From Octopus vulgaris (lineage: Eukaryota): DNA of 64,000 nucleotides. Location of the stretch: positions 97,526,001-97,590,000 of the forward strand of contig OX597823.1 of NCBI GenBank assembly GCA_951406725.2, written 5' to 3'. How positions within the stretch are numbered: position 1 is the first letter of the stretch; every line of letters begins with the position of its first letter. The position numbers were made by a program, and so were the translations under genes. Below the pieces are notes generated by a model. That model made no database searches and was not told the origin of the DNA. It worked only from the letters and a program-made list of their open reading frames with translations. Below are positions 53,538 to 64,000 of the stretch, one piece after another.

Positions 53538-54611
53538 CTGTATTTGTCCCCCCAACATCACTTGACAACCGATGCTGGTGTGTTTACATCCCCGTAATTT
53601 AGCAGTTCAGATAGAGTAAGTACTAGGCTTACAAAGAATAAGTTCTGGGGTCGATTTGCTTGACTAAAAGTGGTGCTCCGGCATGGCCACAGTCAAATGA
53701 CTGAAACAAGTGAAAGAGTATAACCAACTAAAACTTAGTTTTAACCATCAGATTTCAGCCATGCAGATGCCCCAACATTGCCCCAGTGGAATTGACTGAA
53801 ATCACTAAAACAATATATAAGAATATAGAAATTTCCTCAAGAAATACTGACAATTTATTGTACTGCAAATACTGGAAAGCAAAATTAACTCAAGTCTTTT
53901 TATAGGTATTTTTTTCTGTCGAAAATATGAAGATATTGCAAGTAAAAAGATTGTTAATCATTTCAGTCAACTGAAAGAAGGGTCCATGAGAAGAGTGACC
54001 TTGCACATTAAGTAATGGGTAGGAACTTGATGCCATGTACACAATGCAAGCAATGAATGCACAAAAGACAGTAGAATCTCTGGTTGGCTGAAAGACCAAC
54101 AGGACTTTGGATGTGTAAGAGTAGTTTAATGATACAGCAGTTATGGATGTAATATGGCCAAATAGTTAAGACATCACTCAGCAATCATGTACCCTGGATT
54201 TTATCCCTTGTATGGCATCTTCAGCAAAGTGTCTTTTGCCATAGCTTCAGCTCAGCCCAAGCCTTGTGAGTGAAATAGGATAGATGAAAACTGTTTGGAA
54301 GCTCATTGATTGGTTATACATTGTGCTATGTGGATTAAGAGTAAATATGTCCATGGAATATTCAGCCACTTATTCAATGAATAGGTAAATCAGTTGATCA
54401 CAACAATAGATTACTCATCAATGAAACCAGTAGCGTTCCATTACTTTATTAATGAGTAGCTGAGGACACGAAATCTTAGCCATTTGAAAAGTGGCCTCAA
54501 TAGGTAAACAGCAGGAACTCAATACCATGAAATCAAGGTAAACAATGGGTACAGAAGGATACCATAGAATCTTTGGTTGACTGAGGAACTAGAACTTTGG
54601 ACGTTCTAGAT

Positions 54612-55157
54612 CAGGGGTTCACAACCAGGGTCCATATAAGATTTTGTTGGTAGAATTTACATGCAATAAATTGCTTTTAATTCTACAATACACAAAACAT
54701 TAAAAATTTTAATACAGTTCCTAATAATATTTAATTATAAAAATACAGTATGATTTTATATATATGTTTCACTTTTGGATTTGGTTTGCAAGATTCTTTA
54801 TATGAGTTTGTGTGTTGAAGCATATTCTGTTGTCTGGGAAGAGTCATTTTCTTTTTGTGTCTTATAATGTAACACACTCACCGGTTAAATTTCCACTTAT
54901 TTCTTATTTTCCTAAAATTTTCGTTTCTTGAAAAGGTTGCAAGACACAACGAAAATTTTAGGAAAATAGAAAATAAGAAATAAGTGGAAATTTTAACGGT
55001 GAGTGTGTTACATTATAAGGCACAAAAAGAAAATGACTCTCCCCAGACACAACAGAATATATATATATATATATATATCAAATGGCTATGGAACTCCAGT
55101 AGAGTAAAAGAGAAATCAAATGGGTTCCCATAGGCAAAAACTGGTTGAGGGCTACTG
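54612..55157. mobile_element. hAT (Charlie-like) MITE with 8-bp TSD TTCTAGAT, containing a fold-back insertion
   Basis: caggggttcacaacc / ggttgagggctactg ends; TSD at 54604-54611 and 55158-55165. Confidence 0.78.
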
Positions 55158-58100
55158 TTCTAGATGTATGAAAGTAGTTAGCATAAGGAATTCATAAAAT
55201 GACATCTGCAAACTGCTGAGATAATTTCCTAGATGCTTGTTACTTAGATGGTCTTTAAAGAGGAGCCATAGTAAAAGTATGCAATACATGTGCAAGGAAG
55301 AGGTGGAAAACCTTGGAAAAGAAAAAAAAGGTTCTGTATTTAGAAAAAAAACTGACCACATGAAGAGCACATATAAAGAGTGAGTTGCTACATGGCAAAG
55401 GAATATGAGTATTGAATGTAGCAGATCAGTGAAATGTAGAGAAATGAGTCGAGTATGACCCAATGTTTGTGGAGGTATGTGGCTAAGTGGTTAGGGTATT
55501 GGACTCATGATGTGGGCGAGGGAAACCAGGAAATTAACCCTTATAAGTCAGCACAACTCAAGAAGATAATTTTACCCTTTTTTTCCTTTTTACAATGTAT
55601 GTTTAATTTTAGTTGGCATATATTGCTTTCAAATCTTCCATGATAGAAATGGGCATATTTGATTGAATCAACACCACCTTCTTATAAACATTTAATTTAT
55701 TGTTATCCTCGTGGATACTTGGAAACGCTTTCATTATAACCCAAAACTTAGACAGTCAAAAGTAATTTATGGCCTTATATAAATATAATTTGGAAGAGAG
55801 AATGGAATGGTTGATTATACCAAATTCAGCTCTTGACCAGTATCAATTTTATTGATTCTTTTCCCCTTCCTACCAGAAGGATGAAAAAAGTTGGCTTTTT
55901 GTAAAGAAGATACAACCATTCAATGTTTTATTTGACACTCTTCTGATTCTGGCCAACTATAGTCCTCAAAAACAGGAATATTAACGAAAGATATCTCTGC
56001 TACTACAACCACAATGAAGTTTGGTATTTGTTACATTGTAATGTGAACATAACACTGTTCAAAGATTATTTTCTACATTTAATGCTAACATGTTTTGCTC
56101 TATAGCTGCCCAATGGAACCTATAATCATTATTTCTTCTTTCTGGAAGTGGTATGTAGGACTACATTACCCACCTTCTATTTTTTTTCTTTTTACCACCT
56201 TTTTATATTTTTGGAAAGAAGTTGTAGTTTTAGGGAAATTTAACTATCATTCCTAGCAGAAGAATCAACCACTTAGAGGCTTTTTCACTGTGTCAAATTT
56301 ATTACATTAGCTAGGTAGGAGGTTAAAAAGGAAACTGCAAATACCAGGTTTCTAGTGTTGTTATAGAAGGGCAATTAGCTTTGCATTTTCTTTTTCAGTC
56401 AGTGAATCTAAAAACGTGTTCCAATGTTTTGCTTATTTGGCAGAAGCTTTCTTGTTGGTGTGTAATGGTTACACTACACTCCGCCAAAGCAGATCAACCC
56501 AATCCGATTGAGTTGAAGAGAGTAGATGGAAACTGTGGGGAAGCCCATTGCATGGATTAGACTTGTAATTTAAAAGTTTGGTCTTATATTCTATCACTGA
56601 TTTATTTTGTAAAATATTCAGTCCCTTATGCATTGATTTAATTTGTAATTCAGTTAATCAAATAACAGAATGCTCATCATCAAATTTTGATGAAGAGCCA
56701 CCATTTCACTAATGGAGTCTAGTAAAACTGAAACCTGTCTCAAATTGTCCCCATGCTGCCAAAAATCACTCTCCACTATTCTATTATTATTAATTTAAAT
56801 TTCAGAATTGTCTCCTCTAACTTAAGTAGCTTTTTTTTTTGTCAACTACATAAACATGCTTGCATCTCACTTTACTATAAATGTCTCTCTCACCTGATAA
56901 GATATGAATTCAGACAAACAGATATTTCTAACACAAGTAGAAACTTGAGACTTTTTTTAAAGAAGTGGTGATATTTGTGATATTCTACTGATATCACAAT
57001 TTAAGCATGTCCCTTAGTGGCTGACGATATGTGCATCTCTGATCATGAGCAGAAGTAGTGAGGGAGCATCATAGCCATGTGTTGAGAGGGATTCTTTGGG
57101 GTTTGAATAATTCACCTCTGGAAACATGGGTGTTTTGTTCAACATCCTTGAACAACCCTTATTCAGGGACCTTTTGAGCAGGATGGGTTACTCAACCAGA
57201 AGAAAACTCTAACTGGGCCCCACCTGCAAGGTCATGTGCCGTTTATCTTGATATGAGATCACCATGTCTCGCACATTTGGTTGTGATGCATGTGCCTAGT
57301 GTACCCTTATCAGACAGGTCGTCATGATGGATATACTGGGCTTCATATATTTTACCCCAGTGTCACTTTGATGGCATGCGCTGCTCTCTCACTCAATAAT
57401 AATGGTTACAAGGCCAGCAATTTCAGGGGAGGCAGTATGTCAGTTATATGAAATGGTTCTTATTTATTGACCTCAAAAGGATGAAAGGTAAAGTTGACCT
57501 TGGCAGAATTTGAATGCAGAACATAATAATGGACAAACTGCTGCTAAGCATTATGCTTGGTATGCTAACAATTCTGCCAGTTCACCACCTTAATAAGAAT
57601 AATAACCATCATTATTATCAATATCATCATCATTTAATGTCCATTTTCCATACAGGTATAGTTTGGACAGTTTGACCAGAGCTGGTAAACTGAAGAATTG
57701 CAACAGGTTTCAATCTGATTTGGATTGGTTTCTATGGCTGGATGCCCTTCCTAACACCAAATGACCATGTCACGCACATATGGTTGTGATGCATGTGCCT
57801 CGTGTACCCTTATCAGATGAGTAGCCATGATGGGTATACTGGGCTTTGTATATTTTACCCCAGTGTCACTTTGATGGCATGCACTGCTCTCTCAATAATA
57901 ATAATAATAATACTTTCTACTATAGGTACAAGGCCTGAAATTTCTCGGTAGGGGACTAATCAATTGCAATGACCCCCAATGTTTTACTGGTACTTAATTT
58001 ATCGACCCCAAAAGGATCAAAGACAAAGTTGATCTTGGCAGAATTTGAACTCAAAATGTAGCGATGGGCAAAATGCCATGTGTGCTAACAATTCTGTCAG

Positions 58101-59024
58101 CTTGCCACCTTAAATAATAATAATAATAATAAAACAATAAGAAGAGTGCGACCGTTATTGAATGAACAATGAAATAGATTGAGAAGATTATTTTGAACTT
58201 GTGGAAAACATGAAGTGTTGAAATATTGTTCATTTGATAACAGTCACACTCTTCTCATTGTACTTTACCTTCTGGAGGAGTAACATCAACCCTTAAATAA
58301 TAATAATAATTTCTAGCTTTGGCACAAGACCAGTAAATTTGAGGAGAGCAGGTTAGTTGATCTTATCAACCCCAGTGCTTGAGAAGTAATTTATTTTATC
58401 AAACCCAAAAAGATGAAAGACAAAGTTGAGTCTAGCTGAATTTGAATTAAAACCATGAAGAGCTAAAAAAAAATGCTGTGAAGTATTTTGTTTGTCATGT
58501 TAACAATTTTGCCAGCTTGCCAATTTAAAAATAATAATAATCCTTACTACTAAAGGCACAGGCCTGAAATTTGGAGAAGAGGGTAAGTTGATTACATTGA
58601 TCCCAGTACTCAACTGGTACTTAATTTATCAACCCAAAAGGATGAAAGGTAAAGTCGACCTTGGCAGAATTTGAACTTAGAACATAGCGACAGGCAAAAT
58701 ACGCCAAGCATTTCACCCAACGTGCTACTGATTCTGCCAGCTTGCTGCCTTAATAATAACAATAATAGTTTTAAATTTTGGTACAAGGCCAGCAATTTTT
58801 AGTAGTTGGGGTGGGGGTAGTCAATCACATCAATCCCAGTGCACAACTGCTATTTATTTCATCGACCCCTGAAAGGATGAAAGGCAAAATCAATCTTGGT
58901 AGAATTTTAACTCAGAACGTAAAGAGCTGGAAGAAATGCCACTAAGTCTTTTGTCCAACACACTAACAGTTCTACCAGCTTGCCACCAAAATAATGGACA
59001 ATAATAATAATAATAATAATAATA

Positions 59025-59419
59025 ACTAGCAGTATCGCCCGGCATTGCTTGGGTTTGTTTCGACCCTTTAGAATTGGAATTTTTGAAAAGTAAAAATTTC
59101 GCATTATGTAGCTTGTTACTCTCTTTAAGTGAACATTTTTCTGATTGAAATACACCAAAATATGGCGACACAGCAGTAAAAAAAATCGTAAAAAATAGGG
59201 CTTTTCATAGAAAAAAAGCACCATTTTGATGTAAATAATTTTTGGTGTTAACATGGTCCGATCTGAATTTTTTCTTCTACGGAAGGAAGAGCAAGCCTTC
59301 TTCTATCATACTATCAATTTTGGTCAACTTGTGCTGCAGGGTCTAGGAGGAGATAGTGTTAGTTGAAGGCTACCAAACCTGCCATACACAGACAACTTCA
59401 GCTTTATATATAGAGAGAT
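59025..59419 (-). mobile_element. Non-autonomous Helitron-like element (related ends also at ~1714-2970)
   Basis: Minus strand runs atctctctatatataaa … hairpin … ctagt. Confidence 0.65.
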
Positions 59420-62400
59420 AATTTTGGCACAGGGCCAGAATAATAACAACTGGCAAAACTTGTAAAAATTGCATATTTTATAAATTTTCTATTTGATGCA
59501 TAAACGTTTTAGACCTTCATAACATTGTTTGATGATGTTAGTTTACAATTGTCTTGAATTTTGCTCCAGAGTTAAAGTTGTTAAAAAAGAAATAAAGGGT
59601 AACACTCAAACACACGTAGTGATAAGAAGAATAGGACATGTTCTGTGGAGGAAAGGAATATTCAATTTTTTTTTTGCAAATTTGCTACAAAAGCTGTTTA
59701 AAGTTTTCCTAAGAATATTGATGTTTTAGCTTCATATATTTTGCAAGATAAAGGATTATTTACAAATTTGAATACATATCAAATTGTCTATTATTGTCTA
59801 ATAAGTGTTGATATATAGAAAGAAGAAGACAATTGTAATTTTTTTTTATTAGATTGTTTGAATTTATAGCTCGTTTACAGATTTGATTGTTTGGCAGCTA
59901 TTTGTCTTTACAATGCTTAGAATCCTCTGTGCACATCCTTCACTTGTTTATCACTGACCCTCCAACTTAAATTTCAATGTGAAAGTGTGAATTAAGCTCT
60001 TTTTTTTTTGTTTTTGTTTTTGGGGATTTTTCCTTTTTGTTTTGCTTTTTTTTTGGCATGGCTAAAGATGAGGGTTCAAATATACCTTTAAGATGAAAAA
60101 AAAAAAATTTTCAAAATTTTATTTTGTTGAATATTCCCTTCCTCCATCAATTATGGCATGTTAAGAGATATTTTCAATGTAATTAAGCCTAATACTTACC
60201 TAGTGCTTTATTTATACCATCCCAGATGGATAAAAGGCCAAGACAGCCTCAATGGAATTTGAACTCAGAAAGTAATGAAATACTACTAGATATTTTTTTG
60301 ATTTCTAACACTGGCACAAAGTTACAAATTTGTTGAGAAAGGATTTAACTGATTCAATTAATTCTGGTATTATTTTATAGAGATTCTGGTGAGATTTGAA
60401 CTCAGATTATAGAGGGGACAAAACTATGAAATGTAACTGCTTTATAATTTCTAATACTCCATATTAACAGATTTCCAACTTAGCTATTAGGCCAGACTTT
60501 GACATTCATGCATTTTCAAGGGCATTAGTGATGTGTAGACTGAATTAGATTCAAAAGAAAATTATAGTCAATGGTAGACTGAGCTCATTGCAATATTACT
60601 TTCTAATCTTACCAATATATCAAAATTACAACCATTTTTAGTAATGGAATAGGTGTGATAGTTTATTTATTGCAACAGTTAATTTTGAGGCTGGACATTA
60701 CTGACCATTGAACTTTAAAGAACCTATTTTTGCCAGGTTGAAGCATACAGTTACGCACCTTGATCAGAGGTACAACCAAAAAGACACTTGTAATAAAATT
60801 TAAACCTGTGATAAGAAAATTGACTTCACCGTCTAATGAGATTATGAAATGTTTTTCATACATTAGCATAAGGCTATAAGTGTTCAAAGAACCCATGTAC
60901 CTTCTTGGTACTTATTTTATTGATCATTATGGATAGGAATATCAAACTCAATCTCACAGCAATCTCAGAATACAGAGACAAGTATCATAGTTTGACACTA
61001 CAATTCTACCTTGCCACTGTTATAATAATATAATAATAATTTCTAACGAAGGCACAAGGCCAGAAATTTAAAGGAGTTGACAATATCAATCCCAGTATTT
61101 GACTGGTACTTTATTTTAGCAACTCTAGACAGCTGGAAGGAGAAATTGACCTTGGCAGAAGTTGCATTCTGAAAACAAGACATTTTGTACAATGCTCTAC
61201 CAAGTAATTCTCTCATCCATTGTCCCAATAATCATAGTAGCAATTTCTAACATTAGCTAGCACAAGTCACAAAATTTGAGTGAAGATACAAATTTATCCC
61301 TGTTGATAATTAATGACAATTATTTTATCAATCCCTGAGAGATAAAAGCAAACTTTGATTCCAGTGTGATTTGAACTCAGAAAGTGAAGGGACATAACTA
61401 AATACCACAAGGAAATTTCTCTTGCACTCCACCAATTCTATTAAGAATAGTAATAATAATTTTAATAATAACAACAACAACAAGACTAAATTTCATTTTT
61501 TTTTAAAGCTAAGAAATTAGCAAAGCAAACAAACATAAGGTTTGACATAGATAAATTTTAGTTAGCGAAGCCACATCTTTTGGATCCCAGTTCTGTGTTA
61601 GAGTTAGGGCAACAGAAAGTAGATAAGAATATTTAATAAGTCAGCAAGTTGTATTAGGGCAATTGGGGGTCCTCTAAGTGTGGCCCCACCTTATTTACAT
61701 ATCACATAGGGACCTTGTCAGCGGATGGCTTGGTGTCGGAAGAACTAAATACGATAATACACATTGTCATGAAAGTCAATTTATGCATATGTATGTACAT
61801 ACACAAATACAATTGTAATCCATACATTCTGAAAATTAAATACATACATATATACACATAACACACAGTGACTCACAAACATATACAAGCATATATGTGC
61901 ATATATATGTGTGATGTGTGTTTGTATACATATGCACATACAGTGTGTGTATGCGTGCGCGTGTATATGTGTGAATATTATTTATAAACACATGCACATA
62001 CATTTATACAGAGACAGACACAGACGTGTGTGTGGGTGAGTGGTAAGATTTTGAGCTTAAATGGATGGAAACTCAAACACAATCACAAAGCAAATATCTA
62101 AATACTTGTCTTTTGATTATGTTCCAGGATTAACATAGCTAAGTAGATAGTTATCAATTCAGACACACCCAATCACATTCACACACAGTACAATGTTGGT
62201 ACAGAAAAATAAAATGAAATCCCGACACATTCACAATACATTTAAAAAAGAACAGTACAATTTCTTATTGGTACAATCAATGGACACAGCACCAGTTAAA
62301 TGACCTTAATTCAACATATTACTGGCTTAAATGAACGCACATATACACACACTCACACATACATACGCACACATATTTTGTATTCATATATATATAAGAA

Positions 62401-63209
62401 AAAAGGTAAGTTGCCCTTAATACTATCTTTGTGGAATTGTCTTTATTTACAAGATTTTTAGGCAAAGAAAACATACACATCCACACACACATGTCAACAT
62501 GTCAAGATATACAGCATTGCACACATTCATACATACAAATACACATTCACACATGCCTAATATCTATATTACACAATATCCACTACAAGCTGAGTAAGAT
62601 CCTTCTGTGGCACCATTTGTAAGCCTCAGTCCTTGTCTATCAGTTTCCCAGAGTCCTGGTGTCTGGATGATCTGGAAGAAGAAAATAACAATATACTTGA
62701 TGAGAATGATTATGTTGAAATACAGAACAAGAAGGGTGGTTAAGCGAAATTTGCTTCCCAACTACATACTTCCAGGTTCAGTCACACTGCATGGCACCTT
62801 GGGCAAGTGTTTTCTACTATATCTCCAGGCCAACCAAAGTCTTGTGAATAGATCTGGTGGATAGAAACTAAAAGAAGCCCATCGTATATTACAATCTGAA
62901 CTCACAACAATAAGTTACTGGTTCTACAATACCTTTGGACAGGTAATTTACTTCCTATCTTGTGAATTTTCGTTTGTTTACAGTATACATTTGAATAAGT
63001 ACAATAAGTTTGCATTCTGAGGTAAATTAGTGAAAACTTACAGGTGTAATTTCAGGCAAGCAAAAATTTGACAACACGAAAAGGGTTTCAAGGCTATTAA
63101 AGTTAAATGCACCAAATAATGCTGAGACATAAAACCCAGTTCAAGTTTAACATCCAAGCAGAGACTGGATATAAGTAACAGTGACAGGTTTTTGTGGAAC
63201 TTTTCAGAG

Positions 63210-64000
63210 TATTGGGTTATCCCACAAATAATGTTTTTTTTATACTTCTTTTATACTTAATTTTTCAAAATTTAGATAAACAAAATTTTTTTTTTAAATC
63301 TAAAATATACCCTCCCTCAATAATAAATCTCTGAGCGAGGTATAAACAGTAGCTGCACGACATCATGAAGTATATTTTCCATTTAAATGTGACTAACACT
63401 TATGGGTGGATGCTACTGTAGCTTGTAGCCCCAAGAAGACACCTCTTCCAGCTGGCTATTGACACACTTTCTGTGCCCTATCAGTATTTGCAAAGGGAAG
63501 CCAATAGGAAGGCTGGCTTCCCTTTGCAAATACTGATAGGACACAGAAAGTGTGTCAATAGCCAGCTGGAAGAGGTGTCTTAGTGGGGCTACAAGCTACA
63601 GTAGCATCCACCCATAAGTGTTAGTCACATTTAAATGGAAAATATACTTCACAGTACCCTCCTTCATTTACTACATCTATCTGGTAGACTTCCAAAATTC
63701 AATGGTCCATGACAAATACTCCTCCAATACTGTTCTGACCTCATCTACAGAATTCATATTTTTTCCATTCAAGTGATTTTGAAGACTGCAGAATAAATGA
63801 TAATCAGATAGGGCAATGTCCGGCGAATATAGTAGGTGGGGCACTGTTTCCTATTCAAACTGCTGCAGCTTTTGGAATGTTATCTTCGCTGTATGTGGCC
63901 AAGCATTATCCTGATGGAAGAACACATTTTGTCTTGAAACCAAAGATGGTCGTTTTACTTCTAGCGCTGACTTGAATGACTCATTGAATGACCAAATCCA
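63210..64000 (-). mobile_element. mariner transposon relic, interrupted at 63316-63654 by a fold-back insertion
   Basis: FHQDNAWPHTA, YSPDIALSDYHLF. Confidence 0.85.

Noticed and set aside
39432-64000. Second (D2) PTP domain or another host gene downstream
   Set aside because: No PTP motifs or convincing spliceable exons seen; small exons could be missed by eye

Overview
AT-rich, microsatellite- and transposon-dense animal genomic DNA. The SINE/RTE repertoire looks like octopus (inference). The + strand carries the 3' part (13 exons, 56-39431) of a single-domain R3-type (PTP10D/PTPRB/PTPRJ-like) receptor tyrosine phosphatase. All PTP motifs are intact except that the P-loop Arg reads Pro (HCSAGVGPTG). 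The most unusual structure is in its last intron: a ~536-bp tandem array plus an inverted copy, flanked by (TA)n. Every unit holds a minimal type-I hammerhead ribozyme (CUGACGA...GAAA-CAAUUG-UC), as in Penelope pseudo-LTR/retrozyme arrays. Other Penelope-like remnants with variant or decayed hammerheads and fold-back ends sit in TA microsatellites across the window. Also present: a Gypsy LTR retrotransposon nested in a hAT transposase, a related solo LTR, RTE and CR1-like LINE fragments, Tc1/mariner relics, Helitron-, Merlin-, hAT- and piggyBac-like MITEs, and many SINEs. All coordinates were read by eye; no searches were run.
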